Positions 18,401-27,565 of a stretch of 64,000 nt of DNA are shown piece by piece. Within the stretch, counting starts at the first letter, position 1; each line of letters begins with the position of its first letter. The DNA is taken from positions 2,667 to 66,666 of the IMG/VR virus record IMGVR_UViG_3300031720_000002. One strand, written 5' to 3'. The DNA is from a virus. The position numbers and the translations under genes were made by a program. Under the pieces are notes generated by a model. That model ran no database searches, was not told where the DNA came from, and saw only the letters and a program-made list of their open reading frames with translations.

Positions 18401-18563
18401 GGCTACTCTCCAGTGACTGATTCACAGCGACTTGTGACGTCTTGTGCGATAGATCATCGATGTCCTGCACGCCATCGTTGTCCCAGTCCACGGTGAACGT
18501 CTGCGTGATGACACGCTCACCTGAGTCAATGGCCGCTCGTAGTGCGGCAGACACCTGTCTCAC
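15492..18563 (-). CDS. Minor tail protein (hub/tip with LamG-like domain)
   Basis: VDWDNDG N-terminus, DATWHFLGV LamG-like motif, GDPTLQFGD hub motif. Confidence 0.8.
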   Translation of the reverse strand: MRQVSAALRAAIDSGERVITQTFTVDWDNDGVQDIDDLSHKTSQVAVNQSLESSLPLQVRAVPGVAVAELTANLGRGNTARYTVPATYRSLTTSSALATTTTPTWAIAKPTTAKVGDVIIVAIFTPAPGIGSVMASWRPLLDANVSWTYMSIRGDGTTNSTRLEGLLLSRRVTVSEPDNYTITLPLGSQVAWISAAVNVGEQNLMGITDFTQKGEDNTQSPTSIVLPQVKVDVPGSTIISFFGAASYAVSGIAFSPLDSRDVEQIETTITPSARPATRMAVLTHSNASQGLYQKGVTFTGSAGGQDVATIGFAVVLAPKLAGDETQHAAWTFSELNANSPYAGKSRLRRRVQWALRFVTANGFESIPLFTGLTTAPSASSNRQAVITALDNREIMRNTGWGADLAAEYPTSLDSYTGLGLPTMPGLESTWMVSRLFFLAYYRPRLNFTGVFTYDSQYPTTTGLGFFPSPLAHRTVSVWAPLHGSAHALQGSIIYAYTDLSGRALRRRCAFEVGPFVAATKNHGTGSQTNISWAFQAYQAWNQANRQLAGRLQCWVKRNYATSTFKMELPDNGLPNVNTAWVEVLATGVVRFRVEASGVSRTITGPTIAADATWHFLGVHFNSVTGSVTFRLDTTNTVVAMSTWSNAAISFILPSANLTLVDGMQCAEFQLDGGYDFSGAQIGIQVTDAWANENFTPSAYIDKSENILDVIPYIDPNNDSFKIVSDIAAAEFAAFFFDEDGFPHYRTSRSDVSATGQTVQRQLTSRRSLRDISYESGVLQVRNIVNVGYTPYAASINVDLFTASGTLLVKPGSPLVYTFTIQGPLYSGPNVTYTAYQYPAGTGDNLTSLINVTVSEPNTGNFTVTVTNNAGTAAYLVDNTGKPNLHITGSYFTPLQGNFAPVAYSDSDSIREFGEQPLQSDTASVWIQRSDSAATVALKLLSDLCQPHPVITGLTIKGDPTLQFGDMATIVDPNGLGVNGQYRITTKNPLFNTNDGFTQALTVREAPAIAVWDTNFWDDGMVWG

Positions 18564-20191
18564 GTGACCTCCACCGCGACGTAATTCATGCTCGTTCGCA
18601 AGATGCGTGGAACGCTCTCACTGTCCGACCGTACTGACACTAGCGGTTGGCCCTGTCCATACTCCCACGTTGTGCACGTCGTGCCGTCGATGATCTCCAA
18701 CTGCAGCTTATCGAACAAGAACGTCGCCGGCACCATGATCGTAGAGTTGACGGCTGAAAACCGCGGCTCGAGGTAGACACCAGACTGCCCGCTGGGGACG
18801 CTACCGGTCACGCAGAACGCTTGCCAACCGCTTCCAGCAGTACCGGTTACGGCGGTAATCGTGACTCCGCTGAGCGTGCTCTGGACGCTTCCGACTCCGT
18901 TCATGAAGACCATCTGCGGAGTGATCTGCGCTGAGGCGTCAACTGACGTCGAGGCCAACTTCACGTAGCCACTGAAGGCCACCTTCTTCGCAGACTGCGC
19001 AGTGGGTGGAATGCAGAAGCCATACAGTCCCGTCTGCGCCGCAACGTGCATGACCGTCGCGGTGCCTGTCACAGGAGGAGACATCGTCCATGCGAGTGCA
19101 CGTTCACCCTGCACACTGTCGTCAGTGGACGATGAGAGCGCGTTCGTGTAATACGACGTGACCTGGATGTTGTCAAAGTCCACGTTGACGTTATCGGTGT
19201 TGCCCGTCTCTCGACGAAGCCCAGCACCCGCTTGCGTTCCCACAGTCAGCGACGAATCCGTCTGCACAAGCTGATACGAACCTGGATCCGTGTTGCCCGC
19301 CGTGATGTTCCACGCCTTCGCACGGAGTGTTGAGCTCTGCACATCGAGGACGATCTGCCATGTGTTGCCCGCAGCGTGAACACTGCCCATTGTCGTTGAG
19401 TTGCCGATGCTCGAACCAGAACCTAGGACGCGCTTCTGCAACTGTAGTGTGCCCACGCCCGTCGTTGCAGCGATGGAGAGCTGCACTTCGTAGTAGTTGT
19501 TCCCGTCAGCGTAGCGACCAACGACACGCAGCGTGATGGGACCACCAGTGGGAACAACGGGCAGCGTGATCTGCGCTGAGATCGTGTGGTCACTCGAGCC
19601 ATTCGGGTTGCCAGTCACGATCGTCTGGTAGTACAACGTCCCGACAGCACCCGCGTTGATGCGACCGACAGAACCTGTCGTACTCATCGCGCTCGGTGCC
19701 GTAGAAGCGTTCCAGGCGTTACCACTGACGGGTTCAGTGCCCCACGACCCGGACACCGTACGTGAGAACGTGTCGAGGATAACGATGGCGGTCGTGGCGT
19801 CGACAGTGAAGCCATCCGTTGCGTGAAGCGCATCCGTCGCTGACGCTTGGTTGGAAGTGAGAAGGTTCTTCATCTGCGGATCGATGAGGATGAAGGGACC
19901 GATGCCACGCTGCCGTGTGGCGTACTCCATGAAGACCGTCATCACGTCGGGCGTAAGCCACTCGTGCGTGAACTGCCACGATCGGCACTGATAGGGCGAA
20001 CGATCCACCGCTTGCCCATCGATGAGGTTCTGCACTGCGAAGTTGTCGTTCAGTCCTCGAGGCCAGCCAGCATCCGGCATGCGGATCTGCGTGAGGGCTC
20101 CCGGCTTACCCAGCCAGAACGACGGTGCATATGGATCGCTGCACACGTTTGGATTGCCCAGTGGCGCAGTCTGGAAGCCAAGACTCATCAT
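18560..20191 (-). CDS. Distal tail (Dit-like) protein with inserted carbohydrate-binding-like domains
   Basis: Immediately after the tape measure gene; DTFSRTVSGSWG beta-sandwich insert. Confidence 0.7.
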   Translation of the reverse strand: MMSLGFQTAPLGNPNVCSDPYAPSFWLGKPGALTQIRMPDAGWPRGLNDNFAVQNLIDGQAVDRSPYQCRSWQFTHEWLTPDVMTVFMEYATRQRGIGPFILIDPQMKNLLTSNQASATDALHATDGFTVDATTAIVILDTFSRTVSGSWGTEPVSGNAWNASTAPSAMSTTGSVGRINAGAVGTLYYQTIVTGNPNGSSDHTISAQITLPVVPTGGPITLRVVGRYADGNNYYEVQLSIAATTGVGTLQLQKRVLGSGSSIGNSTTMGSVHAAGNTWQIVLDVQSSTLRAKAWNITAGNTDPGSYQLVQTDSSLTVGTQAGAGLRRETGNTDNVNVDFDNIQVTSYYTNALSSSTDDSVQGERALAWTMSPPVTGTATVMHVAAQTGLYGFCIPPTAQSAKKVAFSGYVKLASTSVDASAQITPQMVFMNGVGSVQSTLSGVTITAVTGTAGSGWQAFCVTGSVPSGQSGVYLEPRFSAVNSTIMVPATFLFDKLQLEIIDGTTCTTWEYGQGQPLVSVRSDSESVPRILRTSMNYVAVEVT

Positions 20192-22836
20192 CGCCTCCGA
20201 GCGAGATCAGTGCCACCCTGCTCAGCAGCGAGAGCGACATCTTGCGCGTTGTCATACATGGCCTGCACCACTACTGGGTGGAACTGACCGCCATCCACCG
20301 CGAAGTACGCCGTGAGTTGCGCGCCACCCACGTTCACCTGTGGCTGATACTGCGCCAGCGAGTTCGAGCCGCCAGGACCAAGCGACGTCATTGGCACCTT
20401 CACTGTGCGTGCGAAGTCACCCGCAAGATCGTACTGGTCGAAGCCTTGCGCCATACCCTGCGCACTCCACTTACCCAGCTTCGCGAACTCCTTCGACGGC
20501 GAATTCGCGCCAATCGCGTCCTTCGCGCCTTGCCACGCATCGTGTGCAAGATTCGCTGCCGTGTCCTTGAGCCAACCAGCGAGTGACTTGATGCCGTTCA
20601 CCATACCACGTACGATATCTCGTCCGAGGTTATACGCTTTGTCGTAGAGGCTGCTAAGTGCGTCAGAGATCTGTCCGGGAATCTTGTGTGCTTCAGCGAC
20701 AATCTCGGTGACGAGGTTCCTGAAGTAGTTCACCGCGCTGTGCCACAAGTCAGAGAGCGTGTTCAGCGCGCGGGTCTTCGTATCCTGCACCCACGCGTTG
20801 ACGCGACCCGGAAGCTGACTAACCCAGTTGATCGCCTCAGTCACCCAGTTGGCCACCGCGTTCACGGCGCGGTTCTTCATGTCTACGAACCAGTCACCCA
20901 CACTCACTGCGAGTGCCGGGATCGTCTGTGTGAAGAAGTCGATGACCGCGTGAACACCCGTGCGGATCATGTCCATGAACGATTGCCACGCTGACGCGAT
21001 ATTCGAAGGCAAGTCCATGAAGAACTTGACGATCATACCGATGGCATAACCGAAGTTGTATGCAGCCTGGTGAATCGCGTCGATGAGGTACTGCTTCAGT
21101 GCGCCCGGGAAGGCCATGATGGCATTCGTCGTGTTCGTGATGAAGTTCCTCACGCTGTTGACGATGCCGTTCCACAAATTCACGAAGAACGAACCGATGC
21201 TCGTCCCTGTGTTCTTGAAGAAGTTAATGATCCCGTTCCACGCACCGACGACGAAGTCCTCGATACTGTGCCACGCGTTCACTGTCCAGTCGACAGCGCT
21301 GTTCCACGCGTCTTTGATCCAGTTACCCAGCTTGACGAAGAATGGCCCGATGCCGCGAACGAAGTCGAAGAACGCGTTCAGTGCCTTGTACGCCATCGTC
21401 GTACTCTGCACAAGGAACACGACTGCGTTCCCTGCCCAGTGGATCATAACGCCCAGGTTGTGGAGCGTCTCGACACCATCACTCGTCTTGAAGTACTCGT
21501 TTACCTTCTTAAGCGCGTCGCCCAGGCCATTGAGCGTATCGGTGCCCTCATCAGAGAACGAGCCGAGTAGTGTTGCTGCGAAGATGCCGAGTTGCTTGAT
21601 GACCTCGACGGCCTTCTTGCCGACGTCCCATGCCTTCTCAAGCCACCCGGTGATCTTGTCACCGTCAACAGCCTTCTCGAGCCATGAAGCGAAGGTGTCA
21701 ACGCCCTTCGCGATGACCCCAAAGAAGCGCTCGACGAATGGTAGACCCTGCACGAACAGAGTCATCACGACGTTCAGCAGGTGGTCGAGAACGGGCGTAA
21801 AGCCGTTGATGATTCGACCTGTCGCGGCAAAGAGCTTATCGAGGACACCCGTCGTTTCAAGAGTGCCGATCGACCTTGCGAACGTCGCGAACATATTGCC
21901 GAACGCGCCAGCGACGAGTGGAACACCACGCTGTAGTGCGGGCAACACTGCGTTGGCGAGAATCGTCAGTGAACCAACGAGCGGCTTAAAGAGCGCTTCT
22001 TGTGCGAGCTTTTGGATCTGACTGAACGGCTTGACGAGACCCTGGAACTCTTTCGCTACCTTCGCCGCACTGGGCGAGAGTTTCTTTAGTGCTTCGTTGA
22101 CCTTCTCTGGGTCACCGTCAAGGATCGCACCGATGGCATCAGAGAACCCATGAAACGCAAAGATAAGCGGCGCGATGGCTGTAGCCGCCACTCCCGCCGC
22201 AGCGGGAAGTGCAGCGAGAACTGCAACAAGCTGCGAAAGAGCGGATGCAAGGCCGATGGCTGCGGGAATAAGCGTGGCCATGAGTGCGAATTGGCCGATG
22301 CTTCCGATACTTCCAGTCACCGTGCCAAGACTGGAACCCACTTGTCCAATGGTGCTGCCAAGCGATGAACCGATCTTCGAGCCAATGTTCGACGCACTCT
22401 CGCCGATATTGCTAAAGACGTTCATAATGCTTGACCCCATCTTGGAAAAGATTCCCATGATGGAGAAGCCAGAGCCACGCGCGGATCGCTCGATGCGGTT
22501 GAAGTCGTGCTTTGCGTCGTCAGCGAGATCGTCGATCTCATGCTTCGCGATCTTCGTACCGACTTCGATGTCAGTGGCAATCGAGCGACCCGCGCTTCGA
22601 GCGAAATCCTGGATCTCGTCGAAAGTGTCTCTCGCAATGTACTGCAGTTCAGAGAAGTTTGCGTCTAGTGCAGCGACGAGTCGATCAAAGCTATTCTCAA
22701 TCGTATCGATGAGATCATCGAGCTTGTCCTCGATACGATTGAAAGACCCGTCAAGCTCACGCTTGACATCCTTGTCAAAATTCTTGAGATCAGGCTTAAT
22801 CTCGACATAGGCTTCATCGATCGGGTCAGTCGCCAC
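20188..22836 (-). CDS. Tape measure protein
   Basis: 882 aa; EAYVEIKPD start, W/F-spaced amphipathic repeats, ANSPSKEF motif. Confidence 0.92.
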   Translation of the reverse strand: MATDPIDEAYVEIKPDLKNFDKDVKRELDGSFNRIEDKLDDLIDTIENSFDRLVAALDANFSELQYIARDTFDEIQDFARSAGRSIATDIEVGTKIAKHEIDDLADDAKHDFNRIERSARGSGFSIMGIFSKMGSSIMNVFSNIGESASNIGSKIGSSLGSTIGQVGSSLGTVTGSIGSIGQFALMATLIPAAIGLASALSQLVAVLAALPAAAGVAATAIAPLIFAFHGFSDAIGAILDGDPEKVNEALKKLSPSAAKVAKEFQGLVKPFSQIQKLAQEALFKPLVGSLTILANAVLPALQRGVPLVAGAFGNMFATFARSIGTLETTGVLDKLFAATGRIINGFTPVLDHLLNVVMTLFVQGLPFVERFFGVIAKGVDTFASWLEKAVDGDKITGWLEKAWDVGKKAVEVIKQLGIFAATLLGSFSDEGTDTLNGLGDALKKVNEYFKTSDGVETLHNLGVMIHWAGNAVVFLVQSTTMAYKALNAFFDFVRGIGPFFVKLGNWIKDAWNSAVDWTVNAWHSIEDFVVGAWNGIINFFKNTGTSIGSFFVNLWNGIVNSVRNFITNTTNAIMAFPGALKQYLIDAIHQAAYNFGYAIGMIVKFFMDLPSNIASAWQSFMDMIRTGVHAVIDFFTQTIPALAVSVGDWFVDMKNRAVNAVANWVTEAINWVSQLPGRVNAWVQDTKTRALNTLSDLWHSAVNYFRNLVTEIVAEAHKIPGQISDALSSLYDKAYNLGRDIVRGMVNGIKSLAGWLKDTAANLAHDAWQGAKDAIGANSPSKEFAKLGKWSAQGMAQGFDQYDLAGDFARTVKVPMTSLGPGGSNSLAQYQPQVNVGGAQLTAYFAVDGGQFHPVVVQAMYDNAQDVALAAEQGGTDLARRR

Positions 22837-22847
22837 ACCACACCACC

Positions 22848-23180
22848 CTACGCCAGGCCGAGCTGTCGTGCGGCCATGATGGACGAGTCAGAGGCGTCGT
22901 CTTCGTCCCACCACGCCGGCATCGGTGGTTCGTCAGGCGCCTGCGCACGGAGAAGCGCGCGACGCTTCAGATCCGTGAGACGTGGCCCAGTGAGAGAGTT
23001 ATTCACTGCCTGACGATCCTTTTCATCAGTGTGCTCGATGATGAAGTAGTGGATGAGATCCAGGGCTATGCGGGCTGAGGCGCGCCCAACATCAACACCC
23101 CGGGAGTAGCACCATCCGGAGAAGTAGGACCAGTTTCTCCGTCGTTCGACCCACTGGATGAGGGCGACGACGGCTGGGTA
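22848..23180 (-). CDS. Tail assembly chaperone, frameshift extension (gpGT C-terminal part)
   Basis: Overlaps the upstream TAC in the -1 frame, has no clear RBS, ends just before the tape measure gene. Confidence 0.6.
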   Translation of the reverse strand, partial: YPAVVALIQWVERRRNWSYFSGWCYSRGVDVGRASARIALDLIHYFIIEHTDEKDRQAVNNSLTGPRLTDLKRRALLRAQAPDEPPMPAWWDEDDASDSSIMAARQLGLA

Positions 23181-23497
23181 GGGTGGCCAAGGCCATACTC
23201 CTCCATGATCCACGGAAGAATCTTCATGAGGCGCTTGACACCGATGACACGCTCACTGACGAGCTTGTGGAAGAGCTCCGCCGACGTTGGCGTGAGAAGC
23301 TGATCGAAGAGATCGAGGATTTGGGTGAGGTCACCCGTCTCCTGCAGCTGCTTCTGCAGATCACGGAACCGCGTGATCTGCTGCATGAGACCCAGTGGGA
23401 TATCGGGAACGCACACAAAGTGATTCTCCGGCCCCACGTAGAATTCCGGGACGGTGTCGTCCGCGGCGAAGTCCATAATGTTGATGATTTCTGCCAC
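23066..23497 (-). CDS. Tail assembly chaperone
   Basis: WIMEEYGLGHPTQPSSPSSSG pattern; position before tape measure; leaderless GTG after TACGAT. Confidence 0.75.
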   Translation of the reverse strand: MAEIINIMDFAADDTVPEFYVGPENHFVCVPDIPLGLMQQITRFRDLQKQLQETGDLTQILDLFDQLLTPTSAELFHKLVSERVIGVKRLMKILPWIMEEYGLGHPTQPSSPSSSGSNDGETGPTSPDGATPGVLMLGAPQPA

Positions 23498-23546
23498 GGA
23501 ACTATCGTAAACTGCCCGACTCCGTGTGCGTGCATCTAAGATCAAC

Positions 23547-23963
23547 TCACAGCTTCGCAGCAGGAAGAGCGTCCTTCATGAACGGGTTAGGCGGCATACC
23601 CTTCACGTGCTTTGCGAAGACGAACTCGCCCATGTTTCCCTGCCAACGCAACGCTTTCGCGTGCGTGGGTTCAATGAGGTGATGACGCGGCCCGTAGATG
23701 CCAGTGCCATCATGCACGTAGCGAGCGTACTTCAGTGGCGAACCAATGCGAAACGCGGGGTATCCCATGTAGAAGTATCCCTGAATCGTAATGGATGCGC
23801 GCAGTTCACCGGTCTTGATGCGCGTTGGGGGACGTGATAGATTCTGCTTCGCCTTTGCTTGAACCTTCGCTGCGCGCTTGAACATGTTCTTGGCGAGTCC
23901 GCCATTGGGACTCGCCAAGATCTCATGCATCGTCGCTGCCTTGTAGTGATGATGCACAGGCAT
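23547..23963 (-). CDS. HK97 gp10-like tail completion protein
   Basis: KTGELRASI, YARYVHDGT, VKGMPPNPFMKDAL. Confidence 0.85.
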   Translation of the reverse strand: MPVHHHYKAATMHEILASPNGGLAKNMFKRAAKVQAKAKQNLSRPPTRIKTGELRASITIQGYFYMGYPAFRIGSPLKYARYVHDGTGIYGPRHHLIEPTHAKALRWQGNMGEFVFAKHVKGMPPNPFMKDALPAAKL

Positions 23964-24478
23964 TAGCACGGCCCCCATCGGTTTGCAAAGCCGAGGTAGA
24001 TCTGCTGCGTGATGCCGACACAACCGCCCTCAGGACCGGCCGGGTTGGGCGCGTCCATTGCGAACTCGAGGATGACGTTGTTGTCAAGGAGTGCGCGACA
24101 CCCAATGCTCACGCCGCGCAACACTGCCTCGAGGTCATCCAGATTCGTCGCAGCAGCGGCGATCAACGCGTCACTCGAAGGCGCCTCACCGTGTGGTCCT
24201 GGATTTGGCGCGCAGCGAAGCACGGTCAACTTCGTCTGTAGGGCAAGCAGCGGCTTGCATCCGTCGGAGAGTGTCTGCCGTGGGTTCGGAAACACTCCCG
24301 TATACGGTGCGCTGAGCCACTCGATGGCCAGCAATCCACACTCGCACTCGTCCCACGCGAGCGCGCCGGGCACGACGTAATTCCGCGCGCCAGTGGGCCA
24401 CCCAGTAGGCGTCGCACTGAGCGTTGTGTTCACGGAATCCAGAATGACCTGTAGAGCCGCCTGAAACGTCCCATTCAC
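23963..24478 (-). CDS. Tail terminator-like protein
   Basis: AWDECECGLL, VLRCAP, GPEGGCVG; neck-gene position. Confidence 0.65.
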   Translation of the reverse strand: MNGTFQAALQVILDSVNTTLSATPTGWPTGARNYVVPGALAWDECECGLLAIEWLSAPYTGVFPNPRQTLSDGCKPLLALQTKLTVLRCAPNPGPHGEAPSSDALIAAAATNLDDLEAVLRGVSIGCRALLDNNVILEFAMDAPNPAGPEGGCVGITQQIYLGFANRWGPC

Positions 24479-25560
24479 TGCGAGCCTGCCCGACGTGGAT
24501 TCGGACCATCAACGGCGTACGCCTGGCTCCTCGCCTGGAGCTTTCCCGGGTTGTATGCGGAAAGAAACATGTCGGTGAACTGCAGACCCAGTCGCCCCGC
24601 ATCAAGCGAGGCCTCGGGATCACCGAAGCTGAGAGAAACACCCTGCCGAGAGAGATTCGTGACTGCCTGAGGAAGGTTGCAATCTTGCCCACTGAGAAAC
24701 TTTCCGAACTCGCATGCCAACTCGCCAACGGCCAACATACCAATGTACGGAAGTGGAGTGCCCCACTGGGCGGTGATGGACCACGTTCCCGTCTGATCGT
24801 CATCCTTGCTCAGGTCGTTGCAGAGCGGCCAAGTACCGCCGTCCGTTCGTACGACGAGGCGGTTATCATCAAGACGATACCCCGCAGGTGAAAGTTCCAC
24901 CCCGTCGATGAGCACCTGCAAGACTTGATAGACACCACCGGGTAGTGTGACCTCTTCAACCGTCGAGCACGAGCAGTCAGTTGAGCACGAGCCACACGTG
25001 AGGTTGAGCCACTGTCCATTCCACCACACAGGGAGAGGGTAGGTTTGTCCCGGATTTACGTATGGCCAGACGTTCTCAGCGAACGGCCAGGGCATCCCCT
25101 GGCACTCGCGCCGACACGGCCGAAGGACCTGAGTGCAGAAGCCAAACTGACGACCTGACTTCACCCAGATGAGCTCTGACGCTGCCGCGAGGGCGGCGCC
25201 TGAGACTGCGGGACTCAGTGTGCAGTCGCCTGGCAGTAGGTAGGGCAGCGTGTCACATGGTCCCGTCCCCATCGATGCTGAGGCCTCGACGACAGTGACC
25301 GTCTCGTTCGCAGTTCCCTCGTTCGCAGTCCACTGAACGAGGTAGTCGCCCAGGTTCGCGCCAACGGGAATAGCCCACACGTACGTGTACGTGCCAGTAC
25401 CGATGTGCGTGGGAGTGGCCGCGTTGACCATCACCGCGCCATCACTGATACGAGTGATCGTCACCTTGAGGTTCGTGACGTCTTGCGCAGGACCACCCTG
25501 AAAAGCAAAGAACTGCGCGGTGAGCGTCGCTGCTTGACCACGAAGCTTGATCATGCTCAC
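24475..25560 (-). CDS. Head-to-tail adaptor with N-terminal Ig-like domain
   Basis: SGRQFGFC...RPC, ELACEF, LSRQGVS; Cys-rich. Confidence 0.7.
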   Translation of the reverse strand: MSMIKLRGQAATLTAQFFAFQGGPAQDVTNLKVTITRISDGAVMVNAATPTHIGTGTYTYVWAIPVGANLGDYLVQWTANEGTANETVTVVEASASMGTGPCDTLPYLLPGDCTLSPAVSGAALAAASELIWVKSGRQFGFCTQVLRPCRRECQGMPWPFAENVWPYVNPGQTYPLPVWWNGQWLNLTCGSCSTDCSCSTVEEVTLPGGVYQVLQVLIDGVELSPAGYRLDDNRLVVRTDGGTWPLCNDLSKDDDQTGTWSITAQWGTPLPYIGMLAVGELACEFGKFLSGQDCNLPQAVTNLSRQGVSLSFGDPEASLDAGRLGLQFTDMFLSAYNPGKLQARSQAYAVDGPNPRRAGSQ

Positions 25561-25563
25561 CTC

Positions 25564-26289
25564 CTAAAGTGCCATCGTAAGACCAAGCTGCTGCCCCATT
25601 GCAGCGCTCAGTGCGAAGTTGAATCCAGTGGGATTGGCCCCCGCGTTGACGGTACCAGTCACACCACTGAACGTAGACGCTCCCACAATCGATGCTCCCG
25701 TCGTCCCGTTCCAGTTCTCGAACGAGAAGAGCTCTGCGGGCGAGAGGGCCGCCCACGCAGAGAGTTGATTCGACTTGAGCGTGTTGCGTTCTATGCCCGA
25801 AAGCTTGCGAGTCCAGATGCCAACGACCGCGATGAGACCATTTGCAGGGACGACATTCGCACCGATACGAATCGACTGAATCGTCAGACCGTTGCCCTGA
25901 TTCGCAGAGCCGACAGCGTTGCCTCGCCACATCGTCCCTGCGCCGGTCTGGTCATAGACCCAGTTGTCCCACTCGAAGAACTCACTCGCGCTCGTCTTAC
26001 TGAGACAGTCGACGTACCACACACCCTGCGTGAGGTTTGTGGAGCCTGTGTTGTCGCCTGTGCCATACCCATTTGAGAAGTCTGCTGTGCCACCGAAGCA
26101 GCGAAGCGAGTCCTCAAACATAGCACGCTGAACGTTCGTCGAGTTGTAAAGACCACAGATCGCGGAACCGTTATTGCCTGTCGTACCTTGCCACAACGCA
26201 GCGATGGTGAAGTCAGCAGTACCCGCGGCGCCAGAATTACCCGCGGTGAACCCGAGGTAGTTCGTGCCAACCGGATACGACGCGCTCAT
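25564..26289 (-). CDS. LamG-like virion protein
   Basis: FTIAALW, NGLIAVVGIWTRKLS concanavalin-like pattern. Confidence 0.55.
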   Translation of the reverse strand: MSASYPVGTNYLGFTAGNSGAAGTADFTIAALWQGTTGNNGSAICGLYNSTNVQRAMFEDSLRCFGGTADFSNGYGTGDNTGSTNLTQGVWYVDCLSKTSASEFFEWDNWVYDQTGAGTMWRGNAVGSANQGNGLTIQSIRIGANVVPANGLIAVVGIWTRKLSGIERNTLKSNQLSAWAALSPAELFSFENWNGTTGASIVGASTFSGVTGTVNAGANPTGFNFALSAAMGQQLGLTMAL

Positions 26290-27545
26290 CGATACACGAC
26301 TCCCACAGTCACGTTCGCACCGGCGATCGTTGAGCCGATGATGTCAAGATCCACGGTGATGTAGTCGCCATCAGTCACAGATGTGACATCAGGAGTCGCC
26401 AAGACACCGCCATTTGTCGACACTACGACTTTCGGCCGGTTACCCTGTGTCGTGAAGATGGTCGTCCCGTTCTTGTTCACATCACAAACGAGGTCAGCAC
26501 CCGTGGGTTGCGTGTTCGCGGCCGCCCAACATCCCACCACGGTGAGAGTGCGTCCCGTGCGGTTGTACCATCGCAGAACACCCGTCGTCACGACTGCAGT
26601 ACCGGTGAACGCAAACATCACAGTCTCAGCGGGCTGCGTGGGCGTGCCGTGCGTGTGATCCGAACGAGCGAGTGTCGCCGCTGCACCATTGCCACTCGAG
26701 GCGCCAAACGTCGTCTGTGCAGTGACTGCGCCAAATGCCTCACGCGCATGCTTGTGATCGTCACGCGCAGGCGCAGTGCCAGTGCCAACGACGGCAGAGT
26801 CGCCAACCGCGGAAGTCGTCGGTGCGTTGCTCGTCAGTGATGGCGAACCGTGAGTGTGATCGCCCTTCGAGTACGTCGCCGCGGCACCCGCGTTCGAAGA
26901 CGCCCCATACGACGTCTCTGCCGTGACGGTGCTCGATGCACTCGGCACTGTTGGCGCAGTGGGAGTGCCATGCGTGTGATCACCTCTCGAGTACGTCGTC
27001 GCCACGCCAGCCGCCGCTGAGATACCGAACGAAGTCTCAGCGGCTACGGAGGAGCTAGCGGAGGGTACTGTCGGCGCCGTTGGCGTTCCATGCGTATGGT
27101 CAGAATGTGCTACAGAGGAGGCTACACCGTCCGCAGCAGCTGCCCCGAAGCTGGTCTGCGCGACAACACTACCGAACGCCGGCATCGCGTGTCGATGATC
27201 GCCACGTGCGGGCGTAGTCGCCACGCCAACGGAACCTGTGTCACCAATCGCCTCTGCGGTCGGGACACTGCCACTCAGTGATGTCGTGCCGTGAGTGTGA
27301 TCACCACGAGAGTATGTGGTCGCAACGCCTGCAGTCGCGCTCTGTCCATAGCCCGTCTCACTGACGACTGTGGAACTTGGGACACCACTGCCTCCACCGC
27401 CACCACTGTGCGTGTCGACGTAGTCCTTCGTCGCCGCCTGCAGACCAGACGACGGGTCCCCCGGAAGAACCAGTGGACCCGTCATCGTGTCGCCAGCGAC
27501 GTCGACCTTGTTGGGATCGCCTCCCGTGTAGCCGACGGCGGTCAT
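26286..27545 (-). CDS. Fiber protein with seven DHxH repeats
   Basis: GDTMTGPL...AATKDYVD fiber motif; RGDHTHG-type repeats; GGAGG RBS. Confidence 0.75.
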   Translation of the reverse strand: MTAVGYTGGDPNKVDVAGDTMTGPLVLPGDPSSGLQAATKDYVDTHSGGGGGSGVPSSTVVSETGYGQSATAGVATTYSRGDHTHGTTSLSGSVPTAEAIGDTGSVGVATTPARGDHRHAMPAFGSVVAQTSFGAAAADGVASSVAHSDHTHGTPTAPTVPSASSSVAAETSFGISAAAGVATTYSRGDHTHGTPTAPTVPSASSTVTAETSYGASSNAGAAATYSKGDHTHGSPSLTSNAPTTSAVGDSAVVGTGTAPARDDHKHAREAFGAVTAQTTFGASSGNGAAATLARSDHTHGTPTQPAETVMFAFTGTAVVTTGVLRWYNRTGRTLTVVGCWAAANTQPTGADLVCDVNKNGTTIFTTQGNRPKVVVSTNGGVLATPDVTSVTDGDYITVDLDIIGSTIAGANVTVGVVYR

Positions 27546-27565
27546 CAGCCCTCCACACTCACTCC

